A stretch of 64,000 bases of DNA from Psilocybe cubensis (lineage: Eukaryota), in contig CM039007.1 in assembly GCA_017499595.2 (NCBI GenBank), positions 248,001 to 312,000 of the forward strand, in the 5' to 3' direction. The first letter of the stretch is position 1. The number at the start of each line of letters is the position of its first letter. This document shows positions 24,634-38,309 of this stretch, in pieces. The translations under genes were made by a program, and so were the position numbers. Below the pieces are notes generated by a model, which saw only the letters and a list, made by a program, of their open reading frames with translations, had not been told where the DNA came from and ran no database searches.

Positions 24634-25423
24634 GTTACGAGTTCTGTTACTATTGGAATTTCTTTCAGCATGATTTTTTTTTCATTAACACTTGTATTAT
24701 GAATGCTGTCACTTCAGGGATAATGCCATTTCGTTGTCAAATGATTCACCGACCACTTCCGAATCGGCAGCTGTTTCTAGCGTTCGAGTTAGAAGAAAGG
24801 TATTAAAATACTCCAATGTCGCCACCTATAGTACATCCTCTCCGTCATTTTAGCCATTTCGTGGATTGATGGCTTTCACAGAACCTTGACGACGTTAGGG
24901 CTGAGGCACCGGTACGTCTTTCTTCAAGGCGTGTCAAATTGTCCACACAATGATTCTTTTGATGCATCAGAAATCTATCTCTATCGAGAACGCCTATAGT
25001 TTTGAATACCCTGTTAAATATTCGACCGTGGCACTGTAAAACACGCTCTCTGTTTCATTTCATTTCTTGCTTTTGAACTTAATTTAATTTCTTCGCTCGC
25101 ATTTCTTTCAAGTCAACTAAAATTAAGGGGCGACATCGCCCGCGATGGTAACTAACCGCTCTGCGCCGGATTCGAATCTGGTTGTTGACTCTGAAGACGT
25201 CGTTTGATGCGATTATTCACAGTAACATGGTTTAGTTCAAGAATGAACACATTTCAGCTGTTTGGAACCGACATAATAAAGCTGTGCGGGCACCGAGCTC
25301 ACGACAACCGTGGAGAATCACACGACGCTGCATAGCAGTATATTCAAAATGGCGTGACATCAAGGCTAATTTGCATCCTGCGTCAGAGGGACTTAACGTC
25401 TGGGTATACCACAGTTTTTCTAG

Positions 25424-27080
25424 AGTAAGTTCAAGATGCCAATGTGGAGAATTTTGAGAGGAAAATATGACGAGCCATGGTAGTATTACTCCAGGACGAT
25501 GTTGAGTTTCCATCAACAGGCCCCGCTCCGAACCGCAGCAAGCTGGTGTCGGAAGCAATAAGCGGCAAAACGGCTTGACCCTCCAGTGAGGTCAGGTTTC
25601 TCCATCATTCTCTTGTTCCTCATCTTGAGGGCCTCCGCCATGCAACATTTTCCCCGTCAGACCTCTGGAACTTCCTCTTCACCCCCTACGACACCCACAG
25701 ATGCTGGACCATCTTCAAATTCTGTGAGCATGCAGCTACGTCTCTCGTTTCGGCAAATTTTTGTTATTTACACCATTTCTTTCCTCAGACTTCGGTCAAC
25801 GTAGCACAGAACAGTACCTCCATATCTATACCAAGTACCAGCCGCACACTTCCAAGTTCCACTCTGTGAGTGTACTCAAAGCTTTAAGCTTTAACCTGCA
25901 ACTGGTCCTAAAGGAAATGCCGAATCGCAGAACGAGTTTACCACCATCAGTGACGAGTTCTCCCCCTCCAACGTCTGCTCCAGCATCTTCAACTACATCA
26001 GATTCATCTACTAGTTTACCAATCTCTAATTCAACTTCCCTCGATGCTTCTCCGTCCGATACACCGTCGTTGTTAGCCGAGAGTACTTCTCAGCCAGCCT
26101 CGGTTTCCTCAACACAGCCGTTAGAGAACATCACAACTATTGTTACTTCAATCAATGGCCAGATCACTACAGTGAGTAGGTATAACAATCCAATAAACGT
26201 GCTATTCACTGTGATTCCACCCTAGTTTACTTCACTACTCCCGACGTCTCTCGTGAATGCCACTCCCAATAATGACTCAGGAAGTTCGTCACGGACAGCT
26301 GTTATCGCCGGAGCGACCGCAGGGGTGATCGTCCTTCTCTGCCTTGCTCTTTCATCTGTCTTCGCGTACCGGCGGCATCGCCTCCGTCAAATTCTCGCGC
26401 TTACAAATCAGAAAAAGGAGGGGAAAGGCTTGCTGGATGGGGAGGAGTTCGACGAAGATGATGCCAGTATTCCAATACGATGGCAAGGTCGCAACGGTTC
26501 TCCAGCGCCAAGTCTGATAAGGTCGCGGGTTTCGGACACTGGGTCTATCTTCAGGGAGGAAGTGTGGCCACCACCTGGATTTGTGGACCCCATTAAACAA
26601 GGGAGCAGTCAAGTCACACTTTCCCATATCGTGGACGATGTCATGGGGCCAACCCAGTCTCGTTCAACTTCGCGACTGGAACAACAAGATCCAGCCTCTA
26701 GTACGAGCGACCTTTCTCATGGCCACCAGCGGGATACATCTACGACTGGTCTTCTACCACGCTCATCGTCGCCTTTGGACGACCCTTTCAATCCAAATCA
26801 CAATGTACAATCAGTGTACTACTCCCCCGTACTTCCTCCAGGTGCATTACCACCGTCGATGCCTGGCCAAATATCATATCCCCCTTCGCCTCCTCGAAGC
26901 GGTGGAAATGACACAATACCTCGCATTATGGAAACTCCGCCCACACCAGGGCCTGGACCTGGTTCCTTTGAACAACATCAACGTAATAACAGCAATGGCT
27001 CCCAGCCAAGGAAGTCGAGTCCTTTAACACGTCCGCTCTCAGGAGATCTATGGTTAAACCGCAGTCCATATCCTCCATAA
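25424..27080 (+). CDS. Single-pass Ser/Thr-rich membrane protein (Mid2/Wsc-like architecture), multi-exon
   Basis: S/T-rich ectodomain, TM AVIAGATAGVIVLLCLALSSVFAY followed by RRHR, and a Pro-rich cytoplasmic tail with FREEVWPPP. The start is either a split ATG (25424/25587) or the ATG at 25640. Confidence 0.75.
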
Positions 27081-27659
27081 AACGCTCCATCTCTTTCCTT
27101 TATTGATATTTATGTGTGTATTTTCCCTCTGTTGCAACATCTTTCCAATGCTTCTCACGTTACTACTTACACGAAGCTCATCTAACCACTGACATTCATT
27201 AATATCTGGACTTTTATATACCCACTATAGTGCGTTCTAACTTTGTTGTTGTATTTAACGCTATGTTTTATCACATAATTCGACCAAGGGTTTTATCTGA
27301 TTTTCAAATAACAACGACGCTATTCAGATACAGCTCTGCAGCTTGCAGATGGTATAGCTCTCGGAGATATCCTCTTAGTCCCTCAAGTAACAGGTTGGTC
27401 TGTTTCACTGTCGGAGAAAGCGGGGATTCTCTCTTCTGTCAAGAACACGTCTATGGCGCCAAGAAGCGCAGCTAGGCTCAAGTATTGACGCGTTGTCAGC
27501 GACATAACATAGAGCCGTTGGTGGCGAAGACAGGCATGCTCCAAAAACTAGTAATGTCGAAGTGCTAAAGCCATTAGCATATGAAGATGTCTCCACCTAG
27601 TCTCTTATTAGTACAACATCTCTGAGCGCTAAACAAAAACGTGCTTCGACAAGTCCGGG

Positions 27660-27666
27660 TATAAAT
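27660..27666 (+). promoter_or_regulatory. TATA box of His-rich precursor gene 1
   Basis: TATAAAT 80 nt upstream of ATG 27740. Confidence 0.55.
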
Positions 27667-27739
27667 GTCGTTGCAATGTCCTCAATCCACAAAACGAAAT
27701 CCGCACAGTCGATTTCGAACCAGAAGACGAAGCCACAAC

Positions 27740-28627
27740 ATGAAGGCCGTATTCTTTGCATTGGTGGTGGCATTCTTTGCCTCTGAGGCGCTGGCTATTC
27801 CTGTGCAACAGGGAGATACTAACAAGTACGCTTTGCAAGGCCATGGAACTACTTGATGTGCATTAACCAATTCTTCCAGTGCTGTAGGGTTACTCTACTC
27901 GCGTACCGACCCCCCAAAACGACAAGCAGCTGGAACCACCACGACCACGACATCGACTTCCACTACGAACACTGGGGAAGCCAATGACGATTCATTTGCG
28001 CTGGCTGCGCGAAAGGAAAAAACGCCCACCTATGGATATCCGCACAAACACAAGAAGCATCGCCATCATCACAAATACCACTACTCGCGAGCTGTTGAAA
28101 TAATCCCTGATAACGATGTTGTATCCGTTCCCCGGCCCATTGTCCAACCTTCCACCGAAAGCAACGAAGCCGATACAACTACAAGGTACGTCAAAACTAT
28201 CAAGCATTGAACTTATGTCTCTGATGCCTCTCGCTGCAGCGGGGTAACGAACAATGACACTGACAACAATGTCGACCAAGGCGACGAAAACGACATTGAA
28301 AACGAAGATAACAATGTGGGCGACGAGGGGTATGAGAATGATTATGATGACGATGACGACGACGACGACGATGAATATGATGCTTATTATTACGAGGAAG
28401 ACGACTACCACGGCGCTAACGGTAGCCCTATGGGCGGTGATGGCTTTGATGAAGGAACATTGGCTGAACGTGAAGAAGCAACAGTGACTTACGGGCACCC
28501 CCACAAGAAACATCATTGGTGGCACAAGCATCATCGTTACCACTACCGAAGTGACGAGCAGAGCGACGAAGCGCAGGAAAATGAGCACTACAGACGTCCG
28601 CACCGTAAGTATAACAAGAAGCATTGA
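27740..28627 (+). CDS. Secreted precursor with His/Lys/Tyr-rich cores and acidic spacers (KEP-like), 3 exons, 259 aa
   Basis: Signal MKAVFFALVVAFFASEALA. Introns 27826-27879 and 28186-28239 give one open frame. Cores are LAAR-KEKTPTYGYPHKHKKHRHHHKYHYSR, LAER-EEATVTYGHPHKKHHWWHKHHRYHYR and HYRRPHRKYNKKH*. Confidence 0.8.
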
Positions 28628-29124
28628 ATCGCTCAATGTAAACATCTCCCAAATTTTGAAATTTATGTCACGAATAGCTACGTTTGTATATTCAGAATGG
28701 TTCCTCTCTATTAAATGGAAAAATGCGAAAAAAATCATAGAGCATCGTTGTGATAAATAGAATACGATGGGACGTACCCATGTTCAATGTCAAAATTTGA
28801 GCCGAAATTGTATCTAAACTTTTCGAGGTGAACCTTCATCTACCGCGACTGCCAGACGCTCTCTCCCGTCGGTTATGAAAGGTAATTGTTCTTTTAAGTT
28901 GGCAACTCAGACTGAAGTAATCTCATAAGTCGATTTAACTAGTGCAAAGGCAGAAAGGGAGGTTATCATTTAAAATAATCAGTGAAGAACGGAAGTATGA
29001 CAGGGCAGCGCAACGTCGTTTATTCAAAAACAATATTACAAAGTCAATCTCTGGCCAGAAACATGACAGCAATTACGTCCTAGTCATAGTTTTGGATACC
29101 CTAGTGACAATAATAATCCAGACT

Positions 29125-30781
29125 TTACAGGCATTGGCTGTAGAACGGGTTACTGCTTTGGCAAGTGGATCCAGGAGCGCAAACAGTTGGTCCGGACCAC
29201 CCAATTCCACCACTGATATCATTGTAATAAGTTGGGATTCAAATTCAGAATGAGAACATATACGAGACATACCATTGGCCGTATTTAGTCTGGGTAGGTC
29301 CGGGAGCAGTCGAGGTGGTAGTGGTAGTTCCTCCGCCAATGGTCGTACCGGAAGATCCCCCAGTATAGGTGGTTCCAATATCTCCGATCTTAATGTTGGA
29401 GTATGTGACTGAAGCATTTGGACTGTTGGCTTCGACGTCTTTGGGGTCACCAGAGGTAGTGGGACATGATCCGCGCTGCGCTCCAGGGCTGGTAGAGTCG
29501 ACGGGGTAAGTTGAATCGAGCCAGAGCATATTGGCGTGGTGATCGTCCCAGATACTCAAAGCGAGAACCATTCCATTCCTGAGGCCTGCTTCCATGCCGG
29601 CCATTCCTCCCTTGGCCTTGAAGCTGTCGGTATCGCCAAAAGCAACCTTCTGGTCAGTGCAAAATTGCTCGGTGATCGAGTCGTAGCCAGAAACTCCGGC
29701 GATGGTACTCTTGGAATTCTGGATGACTTTACCGTCTTGGACATAAATTCTGCGGATCTCTTTGAGTGATCCAGACGAAGTGCCATCGCTGGTGATGAAT
29801 TGAGTAACGACGGTAAACTTCTTCTTGGTGTCAACGGTGAGTCCAGGACCGTAGAACGTTCTGTCTCCCTGGCGGTAAGAGTTGAAGTCACAACCATCAG
29901 GGTCACAGATACCGCCATAACGATCCGTGGGAGTGTTGCACTCCGTGCCGGAGCAGCGGTAGGGGCCGGTCTTGGTGCAAGGATGAGGGGTGTAGGCGGC
30001 GGAGATAGAGTTAGCCTCCCAAATATCCATTTCGTTGCAGCATGTGCCGTATTTACCGTTGCCGGCGTTGGCGTCGCTGTCTGAAGGGGTCCAACCCTCA
30101 GCATTGGCCTGTAAAAATATAATATGAGACCATATCATTTGTGACAACAAAATAATGGGTGCATACCTCTCCTGAGATCCATTTAATGTCCTTAGGGCAT
30201 TGGGAATCGCAGTAACCCGTTCCATACTTTGCACCAGCTTTGTTGGTTGGGTGCTTAGATAAACCTCCATCGGCGTCCATCTCGGAGAAGTAAAGCGCGC
30301 CATTGAGACCACAGGGAAGGTTGGAGACATCAACGTCGAACGTAAACTCCTGATTAAGAACCTTGAAAAGCTCGTACTTGGAATCGCTGTTCATGAGATA
30401 GACACGAGATCCAATATTCTTTCCATTGGCGTTAGTGGTGACGAATTTTAGGGTAAGAGCGTTTCCGGAGACGGTGATACCGTACGTTTCAGAGTAGTCG
30501 GCACCGTCTATGGCGCAGTTGGCCGCACAACTCTTGTTGTCGGGACAGATGGTGGTGTTCCAAGTGTTACCGGTGTAGCAGTTAGTGTAGCCGTCCTTGT
30601 TATGCGTCCATCGCCAGTTGGAATCCAAAACAACCTGACCAGATGAAACAGTAGTGCATCCCGACCTGGTGCAACGTTGAAAGGGAAGCGCTGGATGATT
30701 TTCAGCCTGGTACGTGCCGACGAGTTGACCCAAGGCAACAGAACCAAAAGTAAGAGCGAGAAGAGCAGTTTTTGGGAACAT
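29125..30781 (-). CDS. cbh1: GH7 cellobiohydrolase I with linker and C-terminal CBM1
   Basis: Signal peptide, [28 protein letters not shown], catalytic [16 protein letters not shown], a T/G linker and CBM1 [35 protein letters not shown]. Two introns. Confidence 0.97.
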
Positions 30782-30851
30782 TCTGAGTGCGAGAGAGCAA
30801 AAGATGACTAGAAAATCTTCTGCGGTGCAGAACTACCTCTCGAAACAGATC

Positions 30852-30858
30852 TTTTATA
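30852..30858 (-). promoter_or_regulatory. TATA box of cbh1
   Basis: TATAAAA on the minus strand about 75 nt upstream of ATG 30781. Confidence 0.55.
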
Positions 30859-33800
30859 CTGACGAAAGTCCCCCAAAAATACGGATGATATCCGGTTGCA
30901 CAAATAGAGCCGTTCTTACAGCACAATGGAATTGACTATATCCAAAGACACCAGACGCAGATCAAAAGGAGGATACAAGTTCTCTAGATTGGCGCCTTTT
31001 CGGAGAGTAGGTGCAAAGTAGATGAAAATGTTAACAAGTACAGCCATCAGAAAGTAGCGCCAAGGTTAATAATACACCTTGGCACTCGCGCACGCGTTAG
31101 GTCTAAAGGAATAAGTCTTGGTTAAGCCAGCGAAACCTTACGAAAGTCGCATTGGTGGTATGGAGCAACACCGAGGACTGAGAAAAACTGTGTTCATAAT
31201 ATTCCGGGATTGTGCCTTGAAATGGAATTAATTCAGTCGATTGCTCCATTGCAGAGGTAGCACAGGTTCGCGTGACCGTCGCTAGACGGTAGCGTTTCTC
31301 ATACACGTCCATCCTCGCAAACTGCCTGGTGAGAGGTACTTTAGCGCCATGAAAAAACATAGTGACATCCTCGACAATAGGGGCCACTATGTACCAATCC
31401 GTGAGGTTAACGTAAGAAAGCGAGAAGCAACATTCGTCCTCAGGTCGAAGAGTCGGGTAAATCTCGATTTTTGGCATTGCTAGAAGATTTTCCGAATCAA
31501 TGGAAATGTATAACAGTATCACCGTAGAGCATCCAGTGGTCCTCGCGTCTGAATGGTACAAACACAAGATGTAAGATCATCAGACACGCTGGAGAATTGA
31601 GCATCGCCTAGCACCAGTTATTAAGAGGAATATCCGGCAAGAAATACAAATCGCGTGGCCTAGCAGAGTCATGTGTAGGAGGCAAGATCATAGTAGGCTC
31701 TAGGGGGGTTCAGAGACCTGTGAATATACCCACGACGTAAATAGATTTGACAGATGAGGCGCGGGAAAAGAATGGCAGAATGCGTCAAACGAGAGGGTTC
31801 GCACCGGGGACACTCGAATCCATCGTTCCAGCATGGAAAAGAGGCGGATAGCACAGGAATATGCCCCGACAGTGGTAGTGCAAGGAAAGCGAGGCGGACA
31901 ACCAGAGTCAAATTTCATTACCTTGCTCAGTATTTATACCATTTTTAATAGTGGCGAACGGTTGTTTATAGTCTTGGTGATGGCCAAGTCAAAGGTTTTG
32001 ACGAAAATGAGCGAGTGCGTACTAAGACCTGCTGAGGGACTTGGAACTCAGAGCTCGGCGCTTGGCGGCGAAGCTCGGCATGGTGCAGAGCGCCAGTGGA
32101 CTTTGGACTTAGAAATATGTGTGGTAGTATCAATACACATACCTAGTATAGTCATAGAAAGCTCACCGAGGAGGGCAGAGGATATGCATCCTTCTAGGCG
32201 TGTACAGATGTTCTGTGATTTAAAGTCAAGTTGATCCTATCGACACCTATCAGATATTTGACGCCTTCGACCAACAGGAAATTTCAATGATCCACATACA
32301 TGAAGTGTGTGATATTAGCGCTGAAGACAGGCAGCTGTAGAAAGGCAGTCTTCTTCCACTCTCTGGTCTTAAATCCCATTTATAAGGGGAGCCACTGGTC
32401 AGGCGAAGTCACTATTTTTGTCACATTGTAGAATTTTCGGAACAATGCATACTACTGCATCTATGTGAAAGATTACACCACTCTAAAATTGATATTCTAT
32501 CCTAATCAAGGCTGGTGACTGTCAATTTAAGTGATCTCATAAATACACACGAACATTTGAAGATGGTTCTGGCGGAAATTTGGATCTCATCCAATGTAGT
32601 CGGTTTTTTTCGACTTGTGAATAGCTATAGAGGACACGGTAAGGAGTCAGATAGCTGATGATACTATATCTGTGGCAAGGGTATGAGGGGAAAGTTTTAA
32701 TTCTAATAAGGCTATGTGATTCTATACATTTTATCCCCAGTCTTAGATCTCACCTATTTAATACTAATAGATTTCGTCCATCGGAATTAGAGATCAGCCC
32801 TGAGATTCCGTTAAAAGATTTTCCATGGTAGCATGTAGGTAAGTAATTCAAATCCGCTGTTGGAATCATGATACACACTTACCTGCGCATCGTAGTTTGT
32901 CTAGTTGAAGAGATAACATACATTACAATACACTGCGTTTTTTGATATTTCCCTAAGTTCCCAAGCACTCCAACTTCTCGTATTCAAACAGGCGGCTAAG
33001 TTGCAGTAGATTATGATGACGTTTTGTTCAAAGTCGGTAGAAGTTGATGCGCGGCCTGTTCAACCAATGTACTTCCAACTCAAGTGCATCGCGGCGCTTG
33101 ACTGTGTATTATGTAACTTGTTGACAGCACGTGATGGGTAATAAGACGCGTTAGGTAACGTTATATGCCATGTTATCTGCTCGGCAGAACTGGAACACTT
33201 TGTTTTGAGACTATCACTGAATGGGAAACCTTTAGGAGCGCTCAGCATTCAATTCGCTACTTAAACACTCACGTATGCACTCGATGCGGCAGCGAAAGAA
33301 CTTTGCACCCAACCGATCAAGGAATTGGGATGTCTGATTTAGATATGCATTTGTATACATCTTCGACGCCCGAAGGGTGTGGGACATATAACTTTTCAGA
33401 ACAGAAATCGCATCAGTAATATGAAGCTAACGGCCGTGCAACGAAAACAACGGAATAAAAAAGTTGGTTAAGAGCAAACTATAATATAGTGCATCCACTA
33501 CTAGCTTCCCGTATACCTGGCGCCCGTGTTCTCAGGCGTCAGCTTTTCTGCGTTAGTGAAGTCTACTTGACCATTTTCGTCGCCGTGGATTACCGCAAGG
33601 CTTACCTGAGTCTTTGAGTTTTTTAGGTGATCGTCGCTGTTATTAATAACTTTCCAATAACATAAAAACCCGACAACGTTTCAACAACCACATTGTCAGC
33701 AGCAAACAAATCCAGTGGAATTGTCCAAAGACGACCTTGAAGATGATACACGGAAGAAAATTTTTCGCCGTAATTGCTGCAGCTGCCTGCAAAGTGACAA

Positions 33801-34444
33801 CAGTATATGCCCAAAACCACTTCGGCGATGGTAAGTGTCTAGTCATTGACAGATAAGCACGCTGCTCACCTCTAACGGAATGTGTCGTGTTGCAATAGCG
33901 ACTTTCTATCATGCTGGAGTACGTATCGGACCAGTTGTAAGCTATTGACTGCTAACATAGAGGAATTTTTAACTTTCAGCTTGGAAGTTGTGGATGGCAA
34001 AGTGTGGATACTGATCTGATTGCCGCTTTATCGTTTCCGGATATCGGTTGGAACAAAGAAAACTGTGGAAGGCACATTACTGTATGGTGTAAGCCTTGTT
34101 CTTTGTTGAGCAGCATAACAGAGGGTTGACATGATTACTGTATAGATCAAGGGAAATCGACGGACGCAACGGTAGTCGACAGTTGCCCTAGTTGTGGACC
34201 CGGTAGCATCGATCTCTCTCCAGCTGCATTTATGGCACTAGCCCCTCTGGACGCAGGAAGGATCCAGGTCGAATGGTACTTCCAGTGACCTAGTGGAAGA
34301 GAAGCCAAGCTCCCGCCACTCAAATGCGCATATTGTTGCCTAACATAGCCCATAATGCTAGCAATAGCGAAATAAATAAATAATGCCGTTAACTTCTGCG
34401 AATGCATCGCTATGAAGAAAAGGACTTTACTGACAAAATGTCCT

Positions 34445-37400
34445 TTAAACCGAGAGCCATCTGCGATACAAGGCGTCTGCTAGAGGAGTAGCTCCCGTGA
34501 ATACGAAAATCAAAGACAAGTTGTACGCAGATTCCCGGGCGAAAAGGTCATCCTGTATAAACTTGTTAGACAGTCCAACGATCCAATGACCAAAAAGAGA
34601 CTCACACCGTGTCTCTCAGCCATTTCAAGAACGCGTTCATAGTGCTTGACTGCATGTGAATACAGGCCTGATAGTTGGATATTAATGGAGTAATGGTACT
34701 GATAAAACGGGTACCGTACCAAGCTGATGAAAAGTCCTAGCAAAGTTAAATTCTACTTCTCGTACTCCGGCGTCATGGGTCCCTCGTAGTTTTCGGTATT
34801 TGGAAAGGAAGGCCATAGCCTGTGCCTATTCAGTCGGTTTCATCAGGTGATCAGTATAAACGAGCTGACCTGGATGACAAGATGGTGCCTGTTGTCGGAC
34901 TGCCGCTGCATTGCACGTCCAATTGAGGCAATAGCTAGGCACAAGCAAATCATGGGGTCATCGGGGCAGTAGTCATAAGCCAGAAGCAAGTAAACTATTA
35001 CACATTCAGTTCATGAGTATATGCACGATGGTGAAAATGAAGGCACATACAAATTGCGCTTTGATAGCTCTTCGCCGCAACGCAGATCTGCCCGTAGATA
35101 GCAACAATCACCGGGTTCTCTTTAGTAGGGATTTCAGGCAGGCCGGATCTGTCATTCAACACGGAAACGTCGTCGACACTAGGAGCGTCATCTTCCTGAT
35201 CGTCATCCTCAGGTTCTGCAGATTTGTTTTGTCCTGTAGGAGCATAGCGCTTATTCAATGGATTCCACTTCAATATTTCAGGATTTTTGGCTGCTGTGTC
35301 TGATAATTTCATTTCGCGGAAAAGGTGTTTCTGCAGGGTAGAAGTGATAAACGCATCTGTGCTTCGCAAACCGCTCGCAAGCGATGACATAAGTATGCGT
35401 AATGGCTCATTATTGAATTGATGATGCGTTATCAGCTTCCTGGCTTGTTCCACGACGATGTCATGGCGTTCACCGGCAATAGCACATGCTAGAAATATAA
35501 TTGAATAAGACGTAGAATGATTCAACATGTAGGCTTACTGATGAGAGCAAGGCGTATCGAGTCCTGGCGTTCTTTGGCTTGATACGCATTTGAGACCATG
35601 ATGTGTCGAAGAATTTCCTCAGCGGTATCGTATTGTCCCCGTCTCGTCAATATAAAGCAATACTTTGATGAAGTTAATAAATGTCTGCGTTTATATATAT
35701 AACACCAAGGCGGTTGGTTAACTGACCTGCATGAAAATACGCAACCAATCATCAAATGATATTCCGCGGAAAATATTCACTCCGACAACTTTTTCACCAC
35801 TTTTGGCTGATTTACGTGCAAGACTGTCACGTTCTACAAATTATTTAGTCAGTACACAAAAAGATGAAGCAGCAGACAGAACAAACCAAGATCAAGTTGA
35901 AGACGAGACGCCATTCGTTCTTCGTCTGCTTCAGTTGCCACTTGCTGTTTCCGCGCCCGACTGCGCGGAAACATGCCACGAAATGGGTTATTCTGGACGA
36001 TATGTCAACAGCTATTTCAATCGAACATGAGCAATAATAACTTACTCGGCTCGTCAGAAACAAATTCCTTGTTTCTCGGAACATGTCTACCAATTTTTCA
36101 GCCTCCATCATCCATTCTCGTTCAGCGTCTGGATCGTCGGCTAGCATAGCAGCCCAAATGGCCCGCATACGTTGATACCCTCTCACCACCTCCTTCTCTT
36201 TTTGCATCTCTAACTCTTTCAACTGTGCGTGCGTCAACCGCGCGGCGCGATTTGAGGTGCCTTTAGTCTTTGAAGTCACTTTGTCCTCAGCAAATAGCGA
36301 GGTCCCGCTTGCATTGGTTGGATCTTCTGGTTGATTACTTGCAGTCGATTTTCCCTTCTTTTTGCGCGAATCGATGACTAGAGGAAGATATCAGTTACAT
36401 CACAACGCAACTAAAATTACCATTACCTTCGTAAACGAGGTCTAGTGCTTTTCGTGGTTCATTCATAATTTCGTATATTTCAGCTAGCTTCATCTTAGCA
36501 TCATTATTGGTGGGATCAGCAAGTCGCACTGTGTTTGGTTTGGTCAGTGGCTTAAGACTAGCTTGCACGGACAGAGTAACCTTGTTCGTAGACTTCGGCC
36601 GCATCCCGTAGTTCGTCTACGTTTCTCATGCAAGCCGCGGTCTGCAGTAAGATATAGATACTCGTGGTCTAATTGGACATTAGTTCAATATATAATAATA
36701 GAAAGGACGTAAATTGGACTTACTGCCAGGTTGCCGCCTAGTAGCTCGTAGATAGGCTTTGCTTCAGCAAACATTCCACGCTCGAAATATGCGTCCGCAA
36801 TTTCTGCGAACAAGACTGAATAATCCAAAACATCTTCAGAAAGTACACAGTTGGCGTGGAGCTGCTGACGTCTAAGTCTATGAGAAATTAGGCCAATGAG
36901 GAATACATACCTTTCCTTCTTCGATATCTCCCATTTTGATTCGTGCCACAGCCAGTCGATGTCTGGCATTCGGATCCAAATCATGGTGTCCTGCTGGTAC
37001 AGCATTACCTTCATCAGGTACAACTCGAGGTGGCCACTCTTCCGTATCATACTCTCTGTCATCTTCGCATAAGTCCCAGTATTTCTGGTCCGACCTTCCC
37101 TGAAGCCATCGAGTACCACGACGAATTGTTTCCACAGCTCGCCCATGCTCTCCCATGACATTGTACAGATCCGCAAGGAGTAACAAATCCATATTGGAGA
37201 AGCAGCCTCCGGATATACCGTCTGTATAACCCGACGGGCAGGTTTGCATGTAAAAATCCATAGCATCTTGAAGGAGAGATGCACAAGTGGGAAAATCGGA
37301 GAGTTCAACGAGAATGGTATGAAGTTCACGAAGTACACTGAGATCGTGCGGAACGCGCTTTAGGATGCCCAGGAACGCGTTGCGTGCCGTCCGCAAATCG

Positions 37401-38309
37401 CCCATTTCCTTCGCCAATGATGCTCGATCCCAGAGTGCGTGGACATTCGTCGGGTCTAAGCTGTAAACTTTGCGATAGCAATACAGTGCTTGTTGTTTGT
37501 ATCCGTGTTCTCTGACGTTGATTCAGCAAAATTACGCCTCAGAGTCGAAAAAGGGCTCACCGTGATTGACGCGCTAGGCGATCCCATTCTTCGGCATCAT
37601 GGCTCAGATGGGCAGCCATGATTCGAAGTTGCAGTGCCTTTTGATCCTCCTTCATATCTTCATAACATTGTGCTAGTACTGACCACGCGGAAGCTGCTCG
37701 AGGCTCAATTCTTATAACCTCTTGCATGATACGAATAGCCTCGGGAATGTTGTTGTCCACATAGGCCTGATTACCTTCGCCGATGAGAGCCTTCACTTGC
37801 TGAGACAAAACAGGACCCGAAGAGCGTCCCTTCTGGACCAGAAATCAAGACCAGTCGTGGAGAAGCTGTGACCAAGATAACTTACCTTCTTTCGCTTTCT
37901 TCCTATTCCCGAGGCCTCCCGTAGATCATCCTTGAACTCTTGATCTCGTTCTGCCAAGTCAAAATCCCAGTCTTTTGACAATAGGCTAGTACCAGACGAC
38001 GCGGATCCATCCCGAAGGCGAATGTTTTGAACGAGGCGGCTGGCTGACACAGTTAAAATACTGGAATATCTCCGAAAACGGAGATACGCACTCAAAGTCA
38101 CCCTCAATCTCTTGCTCCGCTCGAACTTCCGCTACTGTAGGTACTTCCTCGTCAGATCCTGAATCTTCGGACGACTCTTCGCTGGTCTCGTCGTCATTTT
38201 CAGAGTCCTCGGTGAGATCTGCTTCATCTTCCCAGCCTATGTCTTTTGTTTAGCATATAAGCCACACTGATTTTGATATTTACTTGCCTAGTGTCTCTTC
38301 TTCCTGCAT
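34445..38309 (-). CDS. TFC4: RNA polymerase III transcription factor TFIIIC TPR subunit (Tfc4/tau131), many exons
   Basis: Acidic N-terminus, DDLREASGIG, LIGEGNQAYV...EVIRIEP...AWSVLAQCYED...LRIMAAHL, TPR arrays, AMQRQSDNRHHLV and a C-terminal EVEFN.ARTFHQLGL...LYRRWLSV*. Confidence 0.88.

Noticed and set aside
25125-25185. tRNA-like GGATTCGAATC motif
   Set aside because: No cloverleaf, acceptor stem or A-box could be built around it
27992-28738. 248-aa hydrophobic minus-strand ORF
   Set aside because: Antisense shadow of the GAC/GAT-rich acidic spacer of the His-rich precursor
30882-30895. CGG-N7-CCG inverted triplet in the cbh1 promoter as a Zn2Cys6 factor site
   Set aside because: A single short match that could occur by chance; I cannot tie the spacing to a specific factor
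31103-34407. Short ORFs between cbh1 and TFC4
   Set aside because: No recognisable motifs or consistent splice pattern, and many have non-ATG starts; treated as intergenic or promoter DNA
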